From: Halothermotrichaceae bacterium
Lineage (GTDB): Bacteria > Bacillota > Halanaerobiia > Halanaerobiales > DTU029
Assembly: GCA_048623215.1 (NCBI GenBank)
Contig: JBMCBT010000001.1
Span: 8,409-72,408 of the forward strand
DNA length: 64,000 nucleotides
Direction: 5' to 3'
Part shown: positions 24,334 to 35,431 of the stretch, one piece after another
Numbering within the stretch: position 1 is the first letter of the stretch
How the letters are laid out: each line of letters begins with the position of its first letter
Program-made: the position numbers and the translations under genes
Notes under the pieces: generated by a model
Databases searched by the model: none
Told to the model about the DNA's origin: nothing
Seen by the model: only the letters and a program-made list of their open reading frames with translations

Positions 24334-25407
24334 TTACACCTTCTGCAGTCTTTTAATAGTATCCTCTCTAATTAATTCCTCTATTACAAGATCAAGCTCT
24401 CCATCAAGAACCTTTTCCAGTTTATGGATAGTAAGATTTATCCTGTGGTCACTAACTCTGCTTTGAGGAAAATTATAGGTTCTTATTTTTTCACTTCTAT
24501 CACCAGAACCAACCTGAGTTTTACGGGCTTCATCTATTTCTGCCTGTTTTTCCTGTTCATATTTTTCTTTAAGCCTGGCCCTTAATACCCGCATAGCCTT
24601 GGCTCTGTTTTTATGTTGAGACTTTTCATCCTGGCAAGAAACTACCAGGCCGGTAGGCTCATGGGTTATTCTTACAGCTGAATCAGTAGTATTAACACTC
24701 TGTCCACCGGGCCCACTTGAGCGATAAACATCTATTTTTAGTTCATTGGGATCTATATCTATATCAACATCCTCAGCCTCAGGTAAAACAGCTACAGTGG
24801 CAGTTGAAGTATGAATACGACCACTGGATTCTGTTGAAGGAACACGCTGCACACGATGAACTCCACTTTCATATTTCAAACGGCTGTAAACATCATTTCC
24901 CTCAACGGTAAATATAATTTCTTTAAATCCACCTATACCTGAACTGCTTGAGCTCATAACATCTATTTTCCAGCCTTTGCCTTCTGCATAACGGGAATAC
25001 ATTCGATAAAGGTCTGCAGCAAAAAGACCGGCCTCATCTCCACCAGCACCTGCTCTAATTTCTACTATAACATTCTTCTCATCATTAGGGTCTTCTGGAA
25101 GTAATAGTATAGGTAGTTCCTCTTCCAGCCCCTCTTTCTTGGGAGTAAGTTCTTCCAGTTCAAGTTCTGCTAGCTCTTTAACATCTTCATCTTCTTCATT
25201 TTCCAGCATAAACTCTGCTTCTTCAATCCCCTTTAATAGACTTTTATACCTTTTATATTTATCAACTATTTTTTTCATTTTAGCATGTTTTTTTAATAGT
25301 TTCTGGTACTTTTTAGTGTCATTAATAACCTCCGGCTGGCTTATTTTTTTGTTAAGTTGATTATATTTATCTAATATCTCATCAAGTTTTTCTGTTAAAT
25401 CAAACAT
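24334..25407 (-). CDS. prfA: Peptide chain release factor 1
   Basis: PAEDVDI-type region ([41 protein letters not shown]) with the GGQ motif. Confidence 0.95.
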   Translation of the reverse strand: MFDLTEKLDEILDKYNQLNKKISQPEVINDTKKYQKLLKKHAKMKKIVDKYKRYKSLLKGIEEAEFMLENEEDEDVKELAELELEELTPKKEGLEEELPILLLPEDPNDEKNVIVEIRAGAGGDEAGLFAADLYRMYSRYAEGKGWKIDVMSSSSSGIGGFKEIIFTVEGNDVYSRLKYESGVHRVQRVPSTESSGRIHTSTATVAVLPEAEDVDIDIDPNELKIDVYRSSGPGGQSVNTTDSAVRITHEPTGLVVSCQDEKSQHKNRAKAMRVLRARLKEKYEQEKQAEIDEARKTQVGSGDRSEKIRTYNFPQSRVSDHRINLTIHKLEKVLDGELDLVIEELIREDTIKRLQKV

Positions 25408-26378
25408 TTTTGCCCCCCCTTTTCATCTATGGGTAATTGAGCCTGTTTCTTCTCTTTCTCCCCGGATACAACAGTTGTCTCCATATCAGCTAAATCTTCT
25501 TCCCGGACTGCCTGTTTTTCTTCTTCAGGCAATACTTCCTTAAGAGCAGTAATTGCTACTTCCAGCATGGAGTCATCAGGCTCAGCTGTAGTTAATTTCT
25601 GCACCATTAAACCCGGTTTTGATAATAATTGAATTACAGGATTAGCATTTTTCTTGCCGGCCAGTTTTATTATTTCATAAGAGGTTCCTGCTATCACAGG
25701 AAGTAATAATAAATGATATAAAATTCTATAAAATATAGGCGGCCTACCGAAAAATGAAAAAAAGAAAATACTTAACATAATTACAATAGCTAAAAAACTG
25801 GTTCCACATCTAGGATGTAATGTGCTAAATTCTTTGGCATTTTCAACTGATAAAGGCAAAGTGGATTCATAATTATGGATTACTTTATGTTCTGCACCAT
25901 GGTACCTGAATACTCTTTTAATATCGTCCAATCTAGAAATAACCAGTATATAGGTCAGAAAAGCCGTGATTTTTATTATACCCTCAATTAAATTTAATAT
26001 AATATTATTGTCAATGTAGGGCTGTACAAAAGAAATAATTCCAGCCGGTAAAGCAATAAATAATAAAATAGCAACTCCAACAGAGATAATAATACTGATG
26101 ACCATCTCCAGAGGAGTAATCTCCTCGTCCTCTTCTTCAGCTATCTGATTGGCAGAAAAACTTAAAGCTTTCATACCTGTTATAAGTGAGCTGAAAAGTG
26201 CTATAATCCCCCTGATAAAAGGCAGTTTCAAAATACTGTATCTGGTTGATTTTACTTTTTCTTTTTTAATTACGATATTATCTGGAGACTTTCTGACTAC
26301 AACAGCCATATGCTTTTTACCCCGCATCATGACACCTTCTATTACAGCCTGGCCTCCATACTGTACATCTTTACTCAT
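25395..26378 (-). CDS. DUF1385 (YqhQ-like) membrane protein
   Basis: [15 protein letters not shown]-terminus and YHGAEHKVI motif. Confidence 0.7.
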   Translation of the reverse strand: MSKDVQYGGQAVIEGVMMRGKKHMAVVVRKSPDNIVIKKEKVKSTRYSILKLPFIRGIIALFSSLITGMKALSFSANQIAEEEDEEITPLEMVISIIISVGVAILLFIALPAGIISFVQPYIDNNIILNLIEGIIKITAFLTYILVISRLDDIKRVFRYHGAEHKVIHNYESTLPLSVENAKEFSTLHPRCGTSFLAIVIMLSIFFFSFFGRPPIFYRILYHLLLLPVIAGTSYEIIKLAGKKNANPVIQLLSKPGLMVQKLTTAEPDDSMLEVAITALKEVLPEEEKQAVREEDLADMETTVVSGEKEKKQAQLPIDEKGGQKCLI

Positions 26379-26382
26379 TATA

Positions 26383-26502
26383 TCACTCCTTTAAAACCTG
26401 GTGACAATTACGACAGCGTGCTTCATATACTTCATCTGCAGCTACCATGATTATAGGGTCATTATAAGAAGCAGGTTTTCCATCTAATAAAGTCACCTCA
26501 TC
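26383..26502 (-). pseudogene. tdk: Relic of thymidine kinase (only the last ~37 codons remain)
   Basis: Minus-strand frame reads (DE)[37 protein letters not shown], colinear with the B. subtilis Tdk C-terminus [33 protein letters not shown]. An in-frame TAG lies just upstream (26503-26505) and no upstream tdk sequence is present. Sits exactly where tdk lies in Bacillus (rpmE-tdk-prfA). Confidence 0.65.
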
Positions 26503-26506
26503 CTAT

Positions 26507-26536
26507 AAAAAAAGCAGAGCCTATATTCAGCCCTGC
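26507..26536 (-). terminator. Probable terminator after rpmE
   Basis: Minus strand reads GCAGGGCT gaatat AGGCTCTGC (imperfect, with G-U pairs) followed by T7. Confidence 0.5.
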
Positions 26537-26553
26537 CGTAAAGTCTGGACCTC

Positions 26554-26772
26554 TTATTCTTCACTTTCTTCTTCACTGAGGCCGTATTTTTTATTAAATC
26601 TCTCAATTCTACCACCTTTAGCAGCCTTACGCTGTCTTCCAGTATAAAAAGGGTGGCAGTTGGAGCATACTTCAACATGTATATTTTCTTTGGTAGACTT
26701 TGTTGTATACTCAGCTCCACAGGCACAAACAACAGTTGTCTCCTTCAATTCAGGATGTATACCTTTATTCAT
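26554..26772 (-). CDS. rpmE: 50S ribosomal protein L31
   Basis: MNKGIHPE...CxC...[13 protein letters not shown] at 26772 lies 6 nt after AAGAGGTG. Confidence 0.9.
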   Translation of the reverse strand: MNKGIHPELKETTVVCACGAEYTTKSTKENIHVEVCSNCHPFYTGRQRKAAKGGRIERFNKKYGLSEEESEE

Positions 26773-26843
26773 CAATATCACCTCTTTCTACCGTTTTCAA
26801 CTCCTACATTATATCATAGTAAAAATTTCTATGCAACAAGCCT

Positions 26844-28100
26844 TTATTTTTTAAATATCTTATTAAGGTTTTCCAGTAGCTCCTGATTATTATCAGTATT
26901 ATGAAGCTGTTTAATCATTGAATTCATAACATCTCTGGTATTGGATCTGGAAATACCCTGTCTGAAATTCCAGATGGTTTTTATCGCTTCTTCTGATAAC
27001 AGGAGTTCTTCTTTCCGGGTTCCGGATTTTTGAATGTCTAGAGCAGGGAATATTCTCTGCTCAGCCAGCTGTCTATCAAGATGGATTTCCATATTTCCGG
27101 TTCCTTTAAATTCTTCATAGATAACATCATCCATCCTGCTGCCAGTATCTACCAGTGAAGTGGCCAGTATTGTTAGACTGCCTCCCTCTTCAATATTACG
27201 GGCAGCACCAAAAAATTTCTTGGGAAAATGCATGGCAGTCGGGTCAAGCCCTCCAGAAAGTGTCCTGCCGCTGGGCGGCACAGTAACATTTGAAGCCCGG
27301 GCCAATCTGGTAATACTATCTAAAAGTATAACTACATCATGTTTGTGTTCAACAAGCCTTTTAGCTTTTTTTAATACCAATTCTGCTACCTGCAAATGAT
27401 TTTGCGGAGGTTCATCAAAAGTTGAGCTAATTACTTCAGCATCAACCGAACGTTTCATATCAGTCACTTCTTCCGGCCTCTCATCTATCAATAATATCAT
27501 CATTTTTACCTGTGGGCCATTCCGGGTGATACTATTAGCAATTTTCTGCAGCAGTACTGTTTTTCCGGCTTTTGGAGGTGATACTATCAAACCTCTCTGC
27601 CCTTTTCCCACTGGAGCAATTAGGTCTATCAAGCGGGCAGCTATTTGATTCTTATTTGTCTCTAACTGCAGCCTCTCCTGGGGATAAAGTGGGGTAAGGT
27701 CTTCAAAATAAGCTCTATCCTTGGCTATTTCTGGATCCTGAAAATTGACTGCTTCAATTCTAAGAAGTGCAAAATATCTTTCATTAGACTTCGGTTCTCT
27801 AACCTGTCCAGAGACTACATCACCTGTACGCAAGTCAAAACGCTTGATCTGTGATGCAGAAATATAAATATCATCACCAGAGGGTACATATTTGGAAGGC
27901 CTAAGAAAACCATATCCTTCTCCAGATACAATTTCCAGCACTCCTTCAGCAAAAATATTACCACCTTTTTCTGTCTCTTTTTTTAATATTGCAAAGATTA
28001 AATCCTTTTTTCTCATCTGAGCATAACTGCTAACATTCAGTTCTTTAGCTACCTTATGTAACTCCGTTATTGTCTTTTTTTCTAATTCACTAATATTCAA
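26844..28100 (-). CDS. rho: Transcription termination factor Rho
   Basis: N-terminal Rho_N ([10 protein letters not shown]), an RNA-binding domain, Walker [11 protein letters not shown], 418 aa. Confidence 0.95.
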   Translation of the reverse strand: MNISELEKKTITELHKVAKELNVSSYAQMRKKDLIFAILKKETEKGGNIFAEGVLEIVSGEGYGFLRPSKYVPSGDDIYISASQIKRFDLRTGDVVSGQVREPKSNERYFALLRIEAVNFQDPEIAKDRAYFEDLTPLYPQERLQLETNKNQIAARLIDLIAPVGKGQRGLIVSPPKAGKTVLLQKIANSITRNGPQVKMMILLIDERPEEVTDMKRSVDAEVISSTFDEPPQNHLQVAELVLKKAKRLVEHKHDVVILLDSITRLARASNVTVPPSGRTLSGGLDPTAMHFPKKFFGAARNIEEGGSLTILATSLVDTGSRMDDVIYEEFKGTGNMEIHLDRQLAEQRIFPALDIQKSGTRKEELLLSEEAIKTIWNFRQGISRSNTRDVMNSMIKQLHNTDNNQELLENLNKIFKK

Positions 28101-28335
28101 TCAAGAAACCACCTTTCATATTAACTAAATTAAAATTGAAATATTTTTTTGCTAACTATAGCGTACAGCGTATATACAATTCTTTATTTATAAAATTATT
28201 ATATAAATATCTTTCTATATAAATAAGAATAAGATAAAATAGGGGTATTATGCCAAAATATAAAGTAGTAGATTTAAAGAAGAGAAAATAAAAGCTGATC
28301 TATCATAATGCAGTAAGTTTTCGCAGCTTAAATTC

Positions 28336-28383
28336 GAAAAGAAAAAGAGAAGGGTATATTCTGCTGTTTAAGCAGAAATACCC
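28336..28383 (-). terminator. Rho-independent terminator after fba
   Basis: GGGTATATTCTGCT gttta AGCAGAAATACCC (one bulge), 9 nt after the stop. Followed on the minus strand by TTCTCTTTTTCTTTTC. Confidence 0.7.
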
Positions 28384-28391
28384 GGTTGTAT

Positions 28392-29246
28392 CTATGCTTT
28401 ACCATTACTACCTAAAGTTTTTATTTTTTCAATTACTCTTGCTTTAATTGCCTCCCGGCCAGGACCACAGTATTTACGCGGATCATAAACAGAGCTATCT
28501 TCATCAAATATTTCTTTAACCCTGGCAGTAAAAGCCTGCTGGAAAGCAGTATTTACATTTACTTTGTTTATTCCTAATGTAATAGCCTTTTTAACATCTT
28601 CATCAGGCACACCAGAAGCACCGTGTAAAACAACTGGCATATCGATTCTTTCCTTTATAGTTTTGAGGCGGTCAAAATCAAGTTCAGGGTCTCCACTATA
28701 TACACCATGAGCTGTTCCGATTGCTACAGCAAGTGCATCTACCCCTGTTTTTTCAACAAATTCTACTGCTTCATCAGGGTCTGTAAATGTTGCATCTTTT
28801 TCATCTACAGATACATCATCTTCAGTACCACCAAGTTTGCCTAATTCTGCTTCTACACTGACACCTACAGCATGAGCAGCTTTGACAACTTCTCTCGTAA
28901 GCTTAATATTTTCTTCCAGAGGATAATGAGAACCGTCAAACATAACAGAAGAATAGCCATTTCTAATACATTTCATAACTACTTCAAAACTGCTTCCATG
29001 GTCAAGATGTAATGCCACAGGAATATTAGTATCTTTAACAGCGGCTTCGACCATGCCGATTACATAATCCATACCAATATATCTAATAGCACCCTCACTT
29101 GTCTGTAAAATTAACGGAGAATCCATCTCTTCCGCAGCCCAGATAATTCCCTGTAAAAACTCCAGGTTATTAATATTGAATCCTCCTACAGCATAACCTT
29201 CTTTATTTGCTTTATTCAAAATATCAGCCATTGGAACCAAATTCAT
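28392..29246 (-). CDS. fba: Class II fructose-1,6-bisphosphate aldolase
   Basis: YAVGGFNINN, LHLDHG, AIGTAHG and VLHGASG motifs. Confidence 0.9.
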   Translation of the reverse strand: MNLVPMADILNKANKEGYAVGGFNINNLEFLQGIIWAAEEMDSPLILQTSEGAIRYIGMDYVIGMVEAAVKDTNIPVALHLDHGSSFEVVMKCIRNGYSSVMFDGSHYPLEENIKLTREVVKAAHAVGVSVEAELGKLGGTEDDVSVDEKDATFTDPDEAVEFVEKTGVDALAVAIGTAHGVYSGDPELDFDRLKTIKERIDMPVVLHGASGVPDEDVKKAITLGINKVNVNTAFQQAFTARVKEIFDEDSSVYDPRKYCGPGREAIKARVIEKIKTLGSNGKA

Positions 29247-29287
29247 TATATATACTCCCCCTTATAATTTTATAGTATTTTTTTGGG

Positions 29288-29920
29288 TTAAAAATTTTTT
29301 GATTTGCCAGCAGTAAATTTTATGATTATCTCATCCAGACTTTTAATTCTCGTTAAATCGTCTTTAGTAGATGCAGATATTTGCCTAACTGAATTACAGT
29401 TATTACAGGATAGTTCTAATTTTTCTGAGAAGAGCTCAATATTTATATTATGGCTTCCACATTCACAATATAACCCGCCGGCTGCAGCTATATCATGTAA
29501 ATAATCCAGTATTTCCAACATTATTTCTGGATTTGCAAAATCATCAAAGCCCAACTCATCAGCCATGGAATCAAGTTCTTCCTGCTGTCGGTTCAATTCT
29601 TCCCGGATTAATTTGTAAGAACCAAAATACCCCAAATTCAAATCTGTATCAAGACAAACCAGAGAATTTAAATGTTTGCGCGCCCAAAAAACACCGCGCG
29701 GCAAAATCACTCTATGTTCTTTTTCACAGATAATGCAATAATATGTAATCGAGATATATTTTTTGCCTTTCCGTTTTAGAACAGCTTTACGCGTTCCACA
29801 TTCACAGACAAAATCTAATCTTCTGTCACCAGAAAGCTGAAAAATATTAATATGATGTACATCCAGACGCCCACAGTCAGGACAGCGCATTGCAAATGCA
29901 GTTGATAAATCTACAACCAT
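29288..29920 (-). CDS. Hypothetical Cys-rich (zinc-ribbon-like) protein
   Basis: Cys pairs at C13/C16, C39/C41, C62/C65, C152/C154 and C172/C175, separated by a charged helical segment. No family recognised. Confidence 0.5.
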   Translation of the reverse strand: MVVDLSTAFAMRCPDCGRLDVHHINIFQLSGDRRLDFVCECGTRKAVLKRKGKKYISITYYCIICEKEHRVILPRGVFWARKHLNSLVCLDTDLNLGYFGSYKLIREELNRQQEELDSMADELGFDDFANPEIMLEILDYLHDIAAAGGLYCECGSHNINIELFSEKLELSCNNCNSVRQISASTKDDLTRIKSLDEIIIKFTAGKSKNF

Positions 29921-30015
29921 GGCTAATACCTGATTAACTTAACCAGGTTCTCACCTCCTCAACCTAAATATTCTCCATAATCTTGAAAAATCCTTCTTTT
30001 TCGGCTAGAATTATT

Positions 30016-30516
30016 TTATTGAATTATTTTTAATACTGTCTTATTTGCTGTTATCATAACTATATGAGAACCTGGAATTAAATCATTCTCTACCAATTCC
30101 TCCACATAATATTTTTCTGGCTCTCTGGCATCTGACGGCTTCTGACGAAACACCTGCACATAAATATACCCCTTCTCAGAAACACTACAGACTTCACCTT
30201 CTACCACCTGATAAAAAACATCCATTAATAAGACAGAACCGGTTTCATCCAATTTAATTTTTGCCCACTGGTAGTTATCATCCAGGGGGAGACACGACCG
30301 TAGTGACGCATGCTGACCATTCCTGGTAATACAAATATCTTCACTGATTAAATATTTTTTCTCATTTATGGTCAAAGTGTTCTTTTTAAAATTAATTTCA
30401 TGTAAATACCCTTCTACATCATAAGTATTTGCAGTTGTTTCCGCTGTAGTTTTATTTATAACCAAAAAAAGCAGTAATAGTAATAATAAAACAGCATAAA
30501 TATCTTTTTTATACAT
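30016..30516 (-). CDS. Hypothetical exported protein
   Basis: Signal-like N-terminus YAVLLLLLLLFLVINKTTA, 166 aa, strong SD GGGAGGGG. No family recognised. Confidence 0.5.
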   Translation of the reverse strand: MYKKDIYAVLLLLLLLFLVINKTTAETTANTYDVEGYLHEINFKKNTLTINEKKYLISEDICITRNGQHASLRSCLPLDDNYQWAKIKLDETGSVLLMDVFYQVVEGEVCSVSEKGYIYVQVFRQKPSDAREPEKYYVEELVENDLIPGSHIVMITANKTVLKIIQ

Positions 30517-30519
30517 AAA

Positions 30520-30560
30520 AACCCCTCCCAGAACATTACCATTATTACCTGAGAGGGGTT
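30520..30560 (-). promoter_or_regulatory. 5'-UTR hairpin that pairs the Shine-Dalgarno of the 30016..30516 gene
   Basis: Minus strand reads AACCCCTCTC, 21-nt loop, GGGAGGGGTT, TTT, ATG. It is a 10-bp stem with one G-U pair, and the 3' arm is the SD. It could equally serve as the terminator of the upstream HAD gene. Confidence 0.35.
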
Positions 30561-30582
30561 TAATTATACAATATTTTAATTA

Positions 30583-31290
30583 TTATTTTTTAAAATATTC
30601 CAGGAGCTGTTCCCTGGTTCCTTTCCAGTCTACATCTATACCACTATCCTCACTGCGGTCAATTAAAAAATCTGTTACAAGAAGAGTCTGGATACCAAGT
30701 TCACCAGCAATCATATCTTCCTGCCGGTCATTACCGACCATTATACACTTTTCTGCCGGCACTTCAATATTATCAAGTATTTCCTGATAATAGTCAAGAT
30801 TTGGCTTGCAGTAATGCATATTTTCATAACTGGTAATAAAGATAAAATCATCAGGATTTAAATTAATCCAGCGCAGCCTTTCTTCAATTGCTTCTCTGGG
30901 AAAAACTGCATTTGTAGCTATAACTAGATTATAACCTTTATCTTCTAAATCTTTAACTAATCTCTCCGCAAACCGGTCAATAGTTATTTCTTCTTTTAGT
31001 CCGGGAAAATGTTCTTTATAAAATTTTTCGAATTTATCCATAATATACTTTTCGTCATCAACATCTACTAGATTAAAAAAAGAATTTTTAAAAACTTCAG
31101 CATTATAGCTGCTGCCGTTATTATTAATCATATCATCAGTAGCTGAAAATAGTGATTTCATAAATATATCTGAATCAAAATCATTTATAAAATGAGCGGT
31201 AATAATTTTAAAATAACTTTCCAGAAATTCATCCATATCAATTGGTAATAATGTTCCATCAAGGTCCAGCAAGATTGTGTTACGCTCCAA
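30583..31290 (-). CDS. HAD-superfamily hydrolase
   Basis: Motif I ILLDLDGTL, and motif IV GNDRQEDM region near the C-terminus. Confidence 0.7.
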   Translation of the reverse strand: MERNTILLDLDGTLLPIDMDEFLESYFKIITAHFINDFDSDIFMKSLFSATDDMINNNGSSYNAEVFKNSFFNLVDVDDEKYIMDKFEKFYKEHFPGLKEEITIDRFAERLVKDLEDKGYNLVIATNAVFPREAIEERLRWINLNPDDFIFITSYENMHYCKPNLDYYQEILDNIEVPAEKCIMVGNDRQEDMIAGELGIQTLLVTDFLIDRSEDSGIDVDWKGTREQLLEYFKK

Positions 31291-31307
31291 AATATCACTC
31301 CTAAAGA

Positions 31308-33094
<1,787 letters not shown>

Positions 33095-33097
33095 TAC

Positions 33098-33535
33098 CTA
33101 CTCTACCCCTTTTATTTCCCAATTAATTTTTAACTGGTTTTTATTAGTAGGTTGACCATTAAAAAACAAACTATACTTAATAAATAAATCCCCTTTGTTT
33201 TTCTTTATATTGATATCAATTTCAGATGTATAGGTTTCCAGTTTGATTTTACCGGCATTTATTTGATAAAATCCTTTTAACTTTTTACCTTCCTCAAAAA
33301 ACTGTCTTAACTGAGCAGGCCTGTCTCTTAATAAAGAAACTTTTTGACCCTTATAATTTATCTTTATTTTGGTGCGGCTGCCGGCAAACCCCTGTGTATT
33401 ATTATTATAAATAAGATAATATTTATTATTTTTCAAATATAATAAACCCTGAGATTGATATGTAATATTATCTATATCCTCACTATCAATAAAAAATTGA
33501 GTATTACTAATATTTAAACCTATCTTTTTTTTCAT
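33098..33535 (-). CDS. DUF1934 (YwiB-like) beta-barrel protein
   Basis: 145 aa, Lys/Asn-rich beta-strand pattern. Position adjacent to pyrG resembles ywiB in the Bacillus argS-ywiB-rpoE-pyrG region. Resemblance only. Confidence 0.5.
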   Translation of the reverse strand: MKKKIGLNISNTQFFIDSEDIDNITYQSQGLLYLKNNKYYLIYNNNTQGFAGSRTKIKINYKGQKVSLLRDRPAQLRQFFEEGKKLKGFYQINAGKIKLETYTSEIDINIKKNKGDLFIKYSLFFNGQPTNKNQLKINWEIKGVE

Positions 33536-33607
33536 AAAAAAACCTCTCTAGGCAAAATAAAAAGCCACAGTTTTCTGCCTTTTTATACTGCGGCACCTTT
33601 TCCTAAT

Positions 33608-33636
33608 ATTATATAATATTCAATTATTTTTTACAA
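33608..33636 (-). promoter_or_regulatory. Candidate sigma-A promoter for the DUF1934 / XapX-like / pyrG unit
   Basis: Minus strand reads TTGTAA, 17 nt, TATAAT, about 70 nt upstream of the DUF1934 start. Confidence 0.35.
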
Positions 33637-33689
33637 GAGTAGATATTTTTTCTTTACAGGGTATAATACTCGGTTATTTTAGTAGATAT

Positions 33690-34091
33690 TTATAGTTTTT
33701 TCCCAAAGTCAAAGGCATCAACCTTTGTTTTGAGACTAACAAAATTTTTAACAAAACAACCCTGTTTTTCTAAAACCCCCATTAACTTTTTGAGCGACTT
33801 GGTAGTAGCAAAAAATCTGGGGGTTACAAATGCTACTGCATCCTGTGCTTCTGTTCTTTTACAGTCTCTAAGAAATGGGTCAATATCTCCTGCGATTTTA
33901 CCCTTAAATAGACCTTTAGTGGGGCTTCCAACCAGAACCAGATCATAAGGATGAAAAGATAAAGTCTGGGGCTTTTCATCAGTGCTTAAAACATCTATTT
34001 GATGACCATTAGCAGAAGCCCCCTTTTCTATACCACGAACAACCTCGTCCAGTTCTCCCTCAGTAGAATATATAATTAATATTTTTTTCAT
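33690..34091 (-). CDS. Flavodoxin-fold protein (function unknown)
   Basis: MKKILIIYSTEG... and LVGSPT pattern of alternating beta/alpha segments, 133 aa. Confidence 0.4.
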   Translation of the reverse strand: MKKILIIYSTEGELDEVVRGIEKGASANGHQIDVLSTDEKPQTLSFHPYDLVLVGSPTKGLFKGKIAGDIDPFLRDCKRTEAQDAVAFVTPRFFATTKSLKKLMGVLEKQGCFVKNFVSLKTKVDAFDFGKKL

Positions 34092-34168
34092 TAAAAGCTA
34101 CCTCCTACCTATAATAAAGTAAAATTTCAATTTGATTATATCATAAATATTCCAGTTTGTGAAACACT

Positions 34169-34200
34169 AAAAAAGCAGCAGAGGTTTTTGCCCTGCTGCT
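34169..34200 (-). terminator. Rho-independent terminator after trxA
   Basis: AGCAGCAGAGG tttttg CCCTGCTGCT, followed by T6 on the minus strand. Confidence 0.65.
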
Positions 34201-34239
34201 TATAATTATTATATACTTCTTATATTAATATGAAAGTTT

Positions 34240-34566
34240 TTATCCTATACCCAGTTTGCTGACCAGACTCTGTTTTGGCATATAGCCTGTTACTTTATTT
34301 TTTACTTTTCCATCCTCAAATAATATTAATGTTGGAATGCTCATAACACCATACCTTGAAGCAGTGGATTGATTCTCATCTACATTCAATTTGCAGACAG
34401 TAACATTATCATATTCTTTTCCAATCTGTTCAACAACCGGTCCTACCATCCGGCAGGGGCCGCACCATTCTGCCCAGAAATCAACCAGTACTGGCTTATC
34501 GGATTTTAATACTTCTTTATTAAAATTACCATCTGTAACTTCTTTTACATCAGCCATATTTTTCAC
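34240..34566 (-). CDS. trxA: Thioredoxin
   Basis: VLVDFWAEWCGPCRM active site, 108 aa. Confidence 0.9.
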   Translation of the reverse strand: MKNMADVKEVTDGNFNKEVLKSDKPVLVDFWAEWCGPCRMVGPVVEQIGKEYDNVTVCKLNVDENQSTASRYGVMSIPTLILFEDGKVKNKVTGYMPKQSLVSKLGIG

Positions 34567-34619
34567 CCCTTATTATTTTTTATTATAATTTAATATATTT
34601 ACTATTTTTGTCTAACTGA

Positions 34620-35264
34620 CTAGATTGTCTCCCTTATTTTGTCCAGAACAGCTTCCGCTGGTACTGCTCCAACCTGTTCGGCCTTCCCCTTATTAATTAT
34701 AGTTTTAGGAACACCAGATACATTATATTCTTCTGCCAGGTCTTTAAATTCAACCGATTCAACCATTTCGGCTTTTATTTTTGGATTAATCATTGCCATT
34801 TGATGTGCAACCCTGACTGCACGAGGACAGTAAGGACAGGTTGGAGTTACAAAAACCTGTAAAAGAACCTCTTTATTAATACCTTTTAATTTTTCTTTTA
34901 CATCTTCCGGCAAATCAACAGTTCCTTTAGATATCTCTACAATATCTTCTATTAATGTATTAAACTCATAACCTGATGGTATCCCATAAAGATGCACATT
35001 CATATCATTGCCTTCATTATCAACAAAGATAGTTGCCGGAGCACGGTCTATACCCATTTCTACTGCTTTATCATCACCCAGTAAATGTACTTCCAGATTT
35101 ATCCTTTCGTCCAGTGCAGTTACTTCGCTGAGTATTTCCTGGGTATCACTACAGTATTCACAGTCTTCTTTTTTTGTGAAAAAAAGAATGTTAACATTGT
35201 TTTCCAGCCTTTCTTCGAACAAATTCTTAATCTTTACCTGTTCTTCTTCATTTATTTTAGCCAT
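34620..35264 (-). CDS. Two-domain glutaredoxin-like protein disulfide oxidoreductase (PDO-like)
   Basis: Two thioredoxin-fold halves with CEYC and CPYC motifs, 214 aa. This is the architecture of thermophile PDO / glutaredoxin-like proteins. Confidence 0.6.
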   Translation of the reverse strand: MAKINEEEQVKIKNLFEERLENNVNILFFTKKEDCEYCSDTQEILSEVTALDERINLEVHLLGDDKAVEMGIDRAPATIFVDNEGNDMNVHLYGIPSGYEFNTLIEDIVEISKGTVDLPEDVKEKLKGINKEVLLQVFVTPTCPYCPRAVRVAHQMAMINPKIKAEMVESVEFKDLAEEYNVSGVPKTIINKGKAEQVGAVPAEAVLDKIRETI

Positions 35265-35372
35265 TTTATCACCCCTTCAGTACCAAAATCATTATTTCAA
35301 TTTTATTATAATCAGATTTCAGCCTGATTTATGTTAAATATTTTACAAATCCTATAGTTTATTTTTTCATAC

Positions 35373-35429
35373 TGAAGGTTTTATATTCATGCTGAGGATT
35401 TTATATTTTTTTGAATGTTTTATATTCAT
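35373..35429 (-). repeat. Three 18-nt direct repeats, phased 19-20 nt apart
   Basis: Plus strand: tgaaggttttatattcat (35373-35390), tgaggattttatattttt (35393-35410), tgaatgttttatattcat (35412-35429). They lie just after the aminopeptidase stop and 110-165 nt upstream of the PDO gene. Confidence 0.6.
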
Positions 35430-35431
35430 TC

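Noticed and set aside
26493-26732. 79-aa minus-strand ORF overlapping rpmE
   Set aside because: It is an alternative frame of the L31 gene and runs through the rpmE terminator. The product has no features.
28101-28335. Long AT-rich leader upstream of rho, including a 13-codon plus-strand sORF near 28250
   Set aside because: No conserved structure or repeat is recognisable by eye. The sORF is on the opposite strand and tiny. The region is most simply the rho promoter and leader.
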